Made by a program: the position numbers and the translations under genes. Shown piece after piece: positions 48,327-59,863 of a stretch of 64,000 nt of DNA. The notes under the pieces are model-generated. The model saw only the letters and a list, made by a program, of their open reading frames with translations. It had not been told where the DNA came from and ran no database searches. Position 1 is the stretch's first letter. Every line of letters begins with the position of its first letter. This DNA is from Octopus bimaculoides (taxonomy: Eukaryota), in assembly GCF_001194135.2 (NCBI RefSeq), contig NC_069005.1, positions 752,521 through 816,520 on the forward strand, in the 5' to 3' direction.

Positions 48327-51300
48327 GTCTACACACACGCGCGAAAGAGAGAGAGAAAGTCTCATAGCAAATATTATGAGTTGAAACTTTTAATCGCGAC
48401 GACGCTCCTTTCCATTAGAAGAGTAGAACTTCCTTTGGGATTGCCCAACATCGAAATAGCAATTGGCTTTAAGCTAGATCCACTTATTACTGTTGGCTCA
48501 AAATCGCAGAGCTACACTTAGTATTTTAACGACAAATTATTTCAGACAACTTTTGACTGCTACACAAAAAATAACCAACAATCTAAGCTCACTTGGTAGC
48601 TATCGATTTCACATTAGTTTTAAATTGTCCTAAAAGCCGAAGGTAACATGCAGTAAGACCGATTTCTCAGCCGATCGCCAAAATGGTTATGATTCGGCCA
48701 CATTTACTGATTGCATCTCCAGTCTGGAAACTCCTTCGTGCTCACTATGTACTGGAAGCTGTCTAAATACCTGACACCAGATAAATACCTTCTCTCAGTC
48801 ATTTACTATATCTTAAAAGGTTTTGTTTCTTTCGGCATTGATACACCAAAGTTCCAATGTCTAGCAGATGACTCGATAGAATCCCACAAGATTATTCGAC
48901 ATTTCTCTAACAACTTTGGCCTCCTTTTTTAATTCAACCACTTGTAGAAACGTTTATAAAATGAAATAAAAAAACAGCGCAGCACCCAAGGTTTTCAGAA
49001 ACATTTTATTTTTCATGCATAGAATTGTTGAAGCACGAAATAAAACAACTTTTGTCAGTTATTAGTTGTCCAAACATCCTTCAACGATTCCATGCTTTCC
49101 GAAATCCACCAACACAACCCTTGACGTACCTCTTCCACCTTTTTTCTCTTTATGGTGGCTTTTACTAATCCTCTGTTTTCATGTATTTTATTCAGGGTAC
49201 AATGTTTCTCGCTTTCGATGCTTTCTTTCTTTACTTGACTTAGTTCGACTTTCTTTTACCCATTTCCGATGAATTCTATTTGAATGCTGTATACGACAAA
49301 AATGGGCAAACTTTTTCATGAATCGGGTCACATGAGACCGGTGGGCCACATTCCAAAAATATTTCAAGCTAATTTTTTTTTATCAGGCCTGTTACTCAGA
49401 GAGTCCCACGGGCTGCAGTGTATCCATAGTCGATATACAATAAGCTCGCTGTTTAGAGGATTGTGGTTTGAATATAAAAACTGTCGTTGTTTAGCCCCGG
49501 GTCTACTTTGATTGCGCAGACTTAGGATCAAAGATGTGTTCATCTGTGACCATCCATATTTCTCTTTATATCAGATATTACATTATCCAATGTTAGTTAT
49601 TTTGAAAGATAGCTTGGTGTGATTTCAGTTGAATTGGCGCGCGCGTGTCAATGTGTGTGTATTATATCAAACACGACTGTGTTTAGTCTAATCTCTTTGA
49701 TTAAAATTTTTTTTCCGTTTTCTTATTTGTTAATGTTAACTTTGGCCAAGTTTATTAAAGCTTCTTGATTTTCTCAGTCTCACCTTCAGGGCAATTATCA
49801 TGTTTTTCTTACATTTCGTTATTCATTTTGCACACTTGGAGAGTTTTTTTTTTCTTTTGAAGTTCATAAGAGCATAGCTGCTCATTCCATTTACCAATTT
49901 CTGAACACACCAGCTCCAATAGGTTTTATGACGTGGGTCACAGAGATCTCAAACAGCAAATGTCATGATGCAATCCAACTGAAAGCATTCAATCAAGGAA
50001 ATTCCATACACAGCCTCCTCCTCCTCATCATTGTTGTTATCGTCATCCTCTTTATTCTCATCATCATAATCATCGTCTTCATAGTTGTTATCTGTTGTCA
50101 ACATTGTTATCTGAGTATTTTGTCTTCACAGTGTCCCCATTCAACACAGATGACCTTAAACAAGTCTTTATAAACTTTACTTAATTTCTCTCTCTCTCTC
50201 TCTTTCTCTCATGGCCACAGTTCATAGATTTTGCATGTATTAATACAACTGCCACAACTAGCATGGTTTATTATCTAATTTATTATGGTTGATGAAGTAT
50301 TTATAAGGAGCTTGATACTTTCAGCACAACTGGTTCCATCAAGGCTAGACAGTGCAACATTTGGTTCAGCGAAGATCACTATGTCCTTCAATGTTTTCTT
50401 GTTTCTTTATCTTCAAATCCTTAACATGCTTATCCCAGAAGATTTTTATCTGAAAACGTCTTTTTTGTTATCTAAAAGTTCTTCTGTTGTTATTTGAAAC
50501 TTTGAAGCTTCAAATCCCTTGATAACAAATCAACAGACATGTCAAGTATTAACGAAGCATAATTAAATTATTTCAGGGCAACTCATGATTTTGACCCCTC
50601 ATCAATGCAATCATTCAAACAACCCTTTTCTTTTTTTTTACTTCATTTTTTACAACTTTTAAAAAATAGAATCAACATCAAATTCTGTTTGTTACACATG
50701 GTGACAGCGCTAAGCAGTGCCAAACCTTTTGGAGAAAGTTTCATGAGTTGTTTAATAATAATAACAATGGTTTCAAATTTAACCTTGGCAGCATTTGAAG
50801 CCAGAATACAAAGAGCCTGAAGAAATGCTATTAGGCATTTTGTCTGGCACAATAACGGTTCTGCCAGCTTGGCATCTTAATTCTTCCAGGAGCGGGGTTT
50901 GCTCAATTACATTGGCCCCCAATGCTAAACTGGTACTTCTTTCATTGAACCCAAAAGGAATAAAGCAATGTTCCCTTAGCAACACTTAACCTGACATGCT
51001 GACAATTCTGCCTTCAATAATGATCATCAATAACAGCAACATTAACAACAGTAATAATTGTATTATTAAAGAATAACTAACAAAACCACAATTTTATAAT
51101 ATAAAATTTTATTCAAATAAAGTCAACAAAACCACATTTTGTTTATTATTTCATTTAACATAACAGATACATAATCTCTAGTCACATCATTTTCCATATA
51201 TTTATATATATTTCTCTTTGCACAAGCAGTCTTCTTATTGTTTTCTTTTCACACATGCAAACCTTTCTAACATAATTCTAAAGCAGGAACAAAAATGTAG

Positions 51301-51661
51301 CCCTGTTCAGCAACACTGAATTTCAAATATCCCCTATTTTAAAGAAGGAAACAATACAAAACAAAGCAGCGTATTATATGAGCAGATTCCATCTTCAAAG
51401 ATCCACTGAATCAATTAAACAAGCTGAGATTTGCCAAAGCATGGGAGACCTACTTTTCGAATATGGCTAAATCTACATTAGAGTCTTGATCTTCTGGAAG
51501 AAATAGTTCAGTCCTGGACCACTATTTAATCATTACAAGATTGAAATATAATCTGGTACAAAATATTGATTACATTCTCATCTCTAAACTGGCATTGTTT
51601 CTTCAAACATCTTATTTATAATCACTGAACCAAATCTATTTCAACATACATCATAACACCT

Positions 51662-51891
51662 TTAACTCTTTTATTGCCATATTTTTGTGGAAATACAGAA
51701 CTTTTGTTTCAATTAATTTTGAAAATAATTAAGAATTTAGTAAAATAATTGCCATTATTAAGCTGGTGTCTGGGACAAAAATAGATTGTGGAATTTTGAT
51801 GGAAGGTTTTCATTTTGATCATTTTAAAACCTGAAGTTTATTATCAAAGAACCAGGGATGATGACAGGTGGGTTGGTATGAAAAGGGTTAA
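51662..51891. mobile_element. piggyBac-like MITE
   Basis: ttaa|ctcttttattgcca ... tggtatgaaaaggg|ttaa. Confidence 0.55.
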
Positions 51892-52069
51892 CTACGTTTC
51901 GTGTCTTGTATTTTTGGATAGACTGTGGCACAATGAACTCATTATCACCTGTCGCCTGACTGGGCACTCAGTAAACACCTGGAGCTTACATTAGTACGTT
52001 GTTCAAATTACTCAGAAAAAACATCTAAGCAAATACTGTTTGGTTGCCTTATTGCAATCACTGAGCGGA

Positions 52070-52290
52070 GAGAGAGAAGCACATGCATAGGAGATTGCTG
52101 GAGATTTTAAGGTAGAATCTCTTAGCGATAGTCTCCTATGGACATTAGGTATGTACATGGGTCAGCTATCCAGCAAAAACTTACATCAATTATCTCTGAA
52201 TGGAGATAGGGTGTTGCCCTATTGACCTCCTGAATGTTATAAGAGATCATGATGGATGGTGCAATCAAGTCAAGCAAATCTAAAAAAGCT
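52070..52290 (+). mobile_element. Old non-LTR retrotransposon C-terminal fragment
   Basis: GDCWR..SDSLLWT..PAKTYINYL..GCCPIDLLNVIRDHDGWCNQVK, RTE-like C-terminal pattern with frameshifts. Confidence 0.55.
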
Positions 52291-53539
52291 TAACCAGACG
52301 ATTGCCAGTTTCGACTTTGTGTTTATATAAGAAGAGAAGCGTTTGGTGTCAGGTTAGAAATGCAGTGTTGCAGTCATTGAAGCAATGAAGGAAACTTCAA
52401 ATCAAAGTTGATAGCACTGTTCTGATGATGAAAAAAAGAGTTCTCTGCTAAGTTTCAACACAAAAATGGACTCGCAGACTGGTCACTTGAATGCTCTCTC
52501 TGACCTTTAGCAAGGCCGTATTTTCTCCACTCATGTTTTTGCAGGCAGATGTTTGGGTTTGACATCAGTTACACCAATTCCACAGGAGATGAGGACTGCT
52601 CCTCCTTTGACCAACTAAGAAAAAAAAGGAGGGGGGGGGGACATGGACACAAGCCAGGCAGCTCTTGATACCAAAGGATAAGGGGAAAGAAAGGGGCAAA
52701 ACTAGGAAAGAGTTCAGGTGAGGTTAATGAAGCTATTCTTCCTTAAAAAAAGCTAAAATCTGTAGCAATGTAAATACCATTTTATGAGGCAACACAATAA
52801 TCTATTTGTTTAGGTTGACAAACAGACAGACAGATCAATGAAGAAACGGGATTGAAAAAATAAAATTACTTTCTCACATTGCACATCATTTTATATCACC
52901 CCCCCCCCCATACACATTTATTTACATATGAGTATATGTATGTGGGTGTGTATATATTTTGCCAGTATCCTCCTCAGTAATGACAGCAAAATATCACAAA
53001 AGCTGAAAGTTTACAATAGTAAAGCATCAGGGCTCATCTCTGAATGGTCTGCAAGACATGATGAGCAGTTTGAAATTCTCAAATCAATTCTTTATAAATG
53101 TCACAACAGGACCATTCCACATGTAAAACCTAGAATGGCAAGTTTCACTGGCACCAGAACAATTTGCACAAACAAACTGACATTTTCAACACAAACCAAA
53201 AGGTTTAGGGACTCAAAGTATAGATGGTGGTGGAAGTGGAAGTGATGATGGTTATGATGATGATGATGATATATCAAGGCTTCATTCAGTTTATATTCTT
53301 TAGAGTTTTAACACTGAATGATTTTTTAAAAATTCCTTTGAAAGGTCAAGGGTCATGAAAGGGGAATTTGATACACGAGGACAATAATTCATATTTATAA
53401 ATTTTCTGGATTATCAAGTTCCATTTATTTTTTCAAGAAATCAACAATCTCAATAAAATACAAAAGGCACTCGTAACAACGGCTGGCAATAAAAGACTGA
53501 CTGAATCATAATGAGATATTTCACACTATATATGTTATA

Positions 53540-54531
53540 CAGAGTGTCCATAAATTATCTTTACAACTTCCACAAGTTCTTTCAGGCTGGCTGCATTGCC
53601 TTATGTGTTAAAAGGTGGTATTTTTGTAGTTATATAACTGAGGTTTGATCGTGATTGCTCAAGTTTTTTCTTGTGTCACAGATGACTGCTTTGTTGGCAC
53701 CAAAGAAAAAACACAGATCAGTGACCTGATTTCTCTAGTCTGGTATTCATCGCAGCCTTTCAGTCCAATACAGGGACAGTGCTCTACCACAAAGAGTTGT
53801 GTATGAGTGGATCAAGAGGTTTAAAAGTAGCCAGACAAGCGTGAAGCTCAAAGAGGAAGCAGGGCACCCATCAACATCCACCATTGGCATGAAGATTCAA
53901 CAAGCTTGAGAGATGGTTCTGGTGAACCAACGAGTGACCATTGATGAGGTGGCATGTTCTCTGCATGGAGAGAAACAACTTAGAAATCCATGACTAGTGC
54001 AGCCTCAGATTTAATCAAATGATTGGCCCATTTTTCTTTGCAGAAAAAAAATGATTCTTTCTAACACTTAGATTGATCTTTTACAAGAATTTCTTGTGCC
54101 ACAGTTGCACCATTTGCAGCCAACAGCTATTTCCAACAAAATGGTGCACCTCCCCATCAGGGGTTGAATGTTCAAGAGTTTCTTACCAAAACTTTCCCAA
54201 ACCAGTGGATTGAGAGGGGCAGTCCAGCTCCCTGCCCATCTAGATCATCAGATATAACCACCCTGCTAGACTTCTTATGGGACTACATTAAAGACAGAGT
54301 CTAACATGCAACAGTTAAAGACCCCCACTGATCTCACAGAAAACATATGCCAAGCCATATCTAAAGCCCATGGTCAGAAATTGAGCATCATTTAGATGCA
54401 TACAATCGACTCAGACCACAGGGAAGTTTTTCTGATGTTTCTCGGGAAGCTTTATTTCTTTGCCTGTTTTCTGAGTTGTTCTTATTTTACAGAAGTTTTC
54501 AAATTGTAAAAATAATTTTATGGACACCCTG
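53540..54531 (+). mobile_element. TIR-bounded Tc1/mariner-superfamily element with chimeric internal transposase fragments
   Basis: TIRs ta|cagagtgtccataaattatctttacaa and ttgtaaaaataattttatggacaccctg; internal mariner HTH (VVYEWIKRFKS..QRVTIDEVA) and IGPFFF..PPH..FPNQWI..SRS.DIT. Confidence 0.75.
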
Positions 54532-55069
54532 AATATATTTCACACTTGGCACCTTCTTTTTCCTTCTTGTTAGAATCATTCTATCAAAAAGCAGTTTATT
54601 GAAAATGTTTGACAAAGAGAAGAGTATAAACAGAGACTGACAAATGTCAAACAACCTAAACTGAACGATTGCAGTCATCTTCACAAATATTTCCCAGGTG
54701 TTCTGGCCATGCCAGACCAATGGACCATTAAACCACCGACACAAGCAAATAAGGCAGCTGCTACTTGGTCAGCTGACTAGTTAGAAATAGCAGTCTAATC
54801 TCCCTCAGATCACCTCCTACTGTCATAAAAAGAGACTGCTACGACACATTAGATAGACAATGTCAGCAAAAAAAAGAAAACTAAAATTGGAATGGTGATG
54901 GACAGAACACCTTCGGCTTTCCTCTCTGGAATCGGGTGGAATGGTGACCAAACTCTTATTGCCAATGCATCCAGTGAGGAAAGAAAATGAAAGACTTTTT
55001 AGTTTTGATTGTTTGGATGAGAGAGAAAGAGAACCCCAAAAAGGGGAAGCAGACATCTGGGGTGTTATC

Positions 55070-55236
55070 TTATGTTAGGTAAGACCAAAGATGGTAAGAA
55101 AAGATAGAAGAGAAAGCAGCAGTGAGTAAAGAAGAAAGTAAGTTGATGGCATGGTTGTTGAGCAGTTGTCTGCCATTGATATGTTGGACATTAGGAGCAG
55201 AATGTTCGACAATTATATTCCGTTCTTGGTCGTAAC
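55070..55236 (-). CDS. TMEM19: TMEM19 exon 6 (terminal)
   Basis: GYDQERNIIVEH...LLNNHAINLLSSLLT...WSYLT-TAA. Confidence 0.94.
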
Positions 55237-56943
55237 CTGCAACAGAAGAAATAATAAAATGTCACATGTGGCATTCATTGGTTATTTAATGAGAAAATGA
55301 AGACATGACAGGAATAATGGAAGTTGCTGGATGGTTTTTTTTCTTGTGATTTGGAGAGAGAATAGGGTTGGTGGTGGTGGTGGTGGTGATAGACATAGGG
55401 CAGAAAGCAATTTCAGACGTGTGTGTGTGTGTATGGTTGATTTGTAAATGTACAATAGTACTGTGCAATGTATAACATACGTACTGATGTAGTCATATAA
55501 AATGATTTATTAGACACAGAAATTATTATTATCATCATTACATGAAGGATGTGAAACAGCCATGATCCTATGGATATCAACTGGTGAAATAAATATATTC
55601 ATCTTTCAGATACCAATTAAAATAATTACAATAAATGAAAAAATAGCAAAGAAACCTGAGAATGAAAGTCTGCTACGTACCGGAGTATTGTACAGTTGCT
55701 CCAAGGAGAGAATCAATGAAAGACCCACCGAACCCACAGACTAAGCCGACTATGATGACTGGCCACTGGACTGGACTCTCGTGGAGCTTCCGTTGGTTGA
55801 TGGTTAGCAACAGTGTTAAATAGTAAGTAACACCGATAACCAAACCACCAAGAGCACTGCAGAGTAAACCGACAAAGGAAACGGCACCATTGGTCCCTGG
55901 AAAACAACAAAACCAAAATTTAGGGGTTAGGTTGAATATTGACTGATTGCTCTTACGGAGGAATGGATATCTGAATATTCATGATGATGATATCTATAAA
56001 ATGCTGAGATTTATATAATCACGATTCCTTACCTCTGGGAACTTTTCTTAATGTTGTAATGAGTCGTGGCTGTCCAGAACCGATGACAGTGCCAAATTCC
56101 GAGGCAAATGTGTCTCCACAGGAACATGCCAGTGCTCCTAACACAGCTGTTGACATCCATGATGCCTGGTAGTGATTAACAAAATCCACTGGAAATTCTT
56201 TCATGCCAATATCAATGAGATACATCAGGCTGATTTCGCTGGCCACTCCACCATTGCATACAACCTGCACCCAGTTGCGCTGGCCGCCTAAAAAATAATG
56301 CAAACTTTTCACACACATATATATATATATATATATTATTTTGTTTAAAAGAGTTCCAACACTGTCTGTTTTTTATGTTTTATTTATATTCCTGCAGAAC
56401 CAATGTGGGGTATAGAATATGGAATATACAATATATAATATAAAATAAAATAAAATAAAATAAAAATGGATGGCACCATGAAAGAAAGTATTGAATGTAG
56501 ATGAAATATTGAGTGTTCAATATAAAGGATCAAATATATAAATATATAAAGGCGACTCGAGTTTCAGGGCTATTTCCCTTCGTCATGGCCGGTATGAAAG
56601 ACTTTAAAGTNNNNNNNNNNNNNNNNNNNNNNNNNNNNNNNNNNNNNNNNNNNNNNNNNNNNNNNNNNNNNNNNNNNNNNNNNNNNNNNNNNNNNNNNNN
56701 NNNNNNNNNNNNNNNNNNNNNNNNNNNNNNNNNNNNNNNNNNNNNNNNNNNNNNNNNNNNNNNNNNNNNNNNNNNNNNNNNNNNNNNNNNNNNNNNNNNN
56801 NNNNNNNNNNNNNNNNNNNNNNNNNNNNNNNNNNNNNNNNNNNNNNNNNNNNNNNNNNNNNNNNNNNNNNNNNNNNNNNNNNNNNNNNNNNNNNNNNNNN
56901 NNNNNNNNNNNNNNNNNNNNNNNNNNNNNNNNNNNNNNNNNNN

Positions 56944-56991
<48 letters not shown>

Positions 56992-58509
56992 GTATGTGTA
57001 TATATAAAAATTAATATAAGCAGCTAAGCGCAATATAAAACCATAAAGAGAAAATTTAATCATCACTAATTGTGACTGAGGCTACTGAATAGCCCCTATA
57101 TTGCTAGAAACCCTTAAAGCTGCATCAATGTACATTTACATAGAATGACAGGGGAGGTAACTGCGCAGTGAGTAAAGCTGGAATCACTGAACTAGTTTCG
57201 TCTGTTAATTTCAGACTCCCAAGCGGTGTCTGCCTCACCGCTCAGATGGTTCAGCTAAAACCTTCTGCCAGTATATTATGTATTTAGCAAAATGCGATTG
57301 TGTGTACTAAAAATTAATATAAGGAGCTAAGTGCAATATAAAACTATATAGGAAAAATTTAATCATCACAAATTGTGAATGAGGGTGCAGAATAGCACCT
57401 ATATACATATATCATCATCATCATCGTTTAACGTCCGCTTTCCATGCTAGCATGGGTTGGACGATTTGACTGAGGACTGGTGAAACCGGATGGCAACACC
57501 AGGCTCCAGTCTAATTTGGCAGAGTTTCTACAGCTGGATGCCCTTCCTAACGCCAACCACTCAGAGAGTGTAGTGGGTGCTTTTACGTGTCACCCGCACG
57601 AAAACAGCCACGCTCGAAATGGTGTCTTTTATGTGCCACCCGCACAAGCCAGTCAAGGGGCACTGGCAACGATCTCGCTCGAAAATCCTACGGGAGCCAG
57701 TCAGGCGGTACTGGCAACNNNNNNNNNNNNNNNNNNNNNNNNNNNNNNNNNNNNNNNNNNNNNNNNNNNNNNNNNNNNNNNNNNNNNNNNNNNNNNNNNN
57801 NNNNNNNNNNNNNNNNNNNNNNNNNNNNNNNNNNNNNNNNNNNNNNNNNNNNNNNNNNNNNNNNNNNNNNNNNNNNNNNNNNNNNNNNNNNNNNNNNNNN
57901 NNNNNNNNNNNNNNNNNNNNNNNNNNNNNNNNNNNNNNNNNNNNNNNNNNNNNNNNNNNNNNNNNNNNNNNNNNNNNNNNNNNNNNNNNNNNNNNNNNNN
58001 NNNNNNNNNNNNNNNNNNNNNNNNNNNNNNNNNNNNNNNNNNNNNNNNNNNNNNNNNNNNNNNNNNNNNNNNNNNNNNNNNNNNNNNNNNNNNNNNNNNN
58101 NNNNNNNNNNNNNNNNNNNNNNNNNNNNNNNNNNNNNNNNNNNNNNNNNNNNNNNNNNNNNNNNNNNNNNNNNNNNNNNNNNNNNNNNNNNNNNNNNNNN
58201 NNNNNNNNNNNNNNNNNNNNNNNNNNNNNNNNNNNNNNNNNNNNNNNNNNNNNNNNNNNNNNNNNNNNNNNNNNNNNNNNNNNNNNNNNNNNNNNNNNNN
58301 NNNNNNNNNNNNNNNNNNNNNNNNNNTTGCACACCACAACTGATGCTTCTAATGTTCAGCTTTTCTCTCAAGATACTTACACTCTGACGGGTATTCACAT
58401 TGACATTACACATCCAACGGAGCATACTGGCTTCATTCCTTGCGAGCTTACGTATGTCCTCAGCAGTTACAGCCCATGTTTCACTGTCATGTAGCATGGC
58501 TGTTCGTAG

Positions 58510-58540
<31 letters not shown>

Positions 58541-59801
58541 TACATACACACACACACACACATACATACACAAACAAGTGGAGTGTAGAGAGAAAAGAAA
58601 TACAATTTGAATTGTTACCTACCCTCTTTGAAGTTTTCCTCAAAGGACCTTTTTTTACTGCTGCGGAATTTTGTGGCAGACGACGCCGTGAAGAAGAAGA
58701 CAATCAAAGACGTGGCAAAGCAAATGTTGGCAGAAATCATCAGGAACCCAACAAACAGGGCTGTTGAAGTAGAGAAGCATTGACTTGTATAATAACACTG
58801 ATACAGATTCTATCTTATACAGGTAACAAATACATTTCACACACAACACACACATATATCTATAATGTTGTAGATAGTCAGCCCATTTGATCCCTTTTGA
58901 TACCTTAACTGCAGACTCCATGCACATGAGAATTTACCATCAGGGTGTTACTCAAGTGACCCTGCCATTCAGCCAGGATGGTAAGGGTCACTGTTATCTC
59001 TTACTGAGATAATCTGCAAGAAAACCTCATTGAAATGGTCCTTTAGTCAGCTGTCAGTTCTGATTGTGGGGTATATGCAGAGATGATTGATAACAGGGCT
59101 ATTGAAAGATACCTGGTGGTGCTTAACTGTTGAATCACAATGAAGACTGAAAATGCTTTTTACACTGACCACTGACACAGTTTTTGTGCTGTTGAAGAAG
59201 ACTAAGTTACCAGGACCGGCTGTGTAGTTAAGAAGCTCATTTTGCAACCACATGGCTTCAGGTTCAGTCCCACTGTGCAACATTTTCAAAGTGGTGCCCC
59301 AGCATGGCCACAAACCAATGACTGAAACAAGTAAAAGATAATAAATGCTCACAAAATGGCAGTTTTGGGGGGTCTCTTTCTGAAGCTTAAATCTGGTTTA
59401 TGGAGGTGTGGCATAACAGGCAGGTTAATGATGAGGAGTGGCAGTAGGGATAAGCAGGGGTGGGAGGGTAAAGCATAAGCTACCACCACCACCACCACCA
59501 CAACAACAACAGAGAACAGAACAAAACAAAACAACCACAGAGAAGACGAACCACTAAAAGCTCCAGAAGTATTCAGTGATTTCCGGTGGAAGGCTACACT
59601 GGCTAAAAGCACTGGTGAAACTGTGGAAGCTATCCATCGCCAGGGAGTCACGGCTTCATAACCTGAAAAAGACAAAAAACAAACACAAAAATACTCATAT
59701 GACAACTTTTAACACAAATTAATTTTGTTCATCAAATTTAGCAGCAAAAGTTGGGGATCTTGATACGGATTTTGAAAGAAAGGAAAAGAATGGATGTAAA
59801 A

Positions 59802-59863
<62 letters not shown>

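Noticed and set aside
50784-50816. Possible 33-nt micro-exon ALCILASNAAK (cag|...|gt, minus strand)
   Set aside because: No partner exons or homology, and both flanking genes are already complete.
50817-50845. CTGAAGA followed by hairpin AATGC/GCATT
   Set aside because: No GAAA or cleavage triplet follows.
6741-54601. Candidate minus-strand AATAAA poly(A) signals (6741, ~31331, ~32680, ~51108, ~54596)
   Set aside because: The hexamer is too frequent in AT-rich DNA to assign without 3'-end data.
57470-57490. CTGAGGA-CTGGT-GAAAC in the RTE 3'UTR as a hammerhead
   Set aside because: Only 5 nt between the core halves (no stem II), no stem III/NUH, and GAAA is not conserved in the copies at 1800 and 15910.
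2422-58605. Long ORFs in the supplied track (e.g. 2422-3447, 16255-17328, 20513-21349, 22280-23386, 43884-44576, 57480-58343)
   Set aside because: They are long only because they run through N gaps; the flanks are microsatellite translations (YIYI, HTHT) or pieces of exons and repeats described above.
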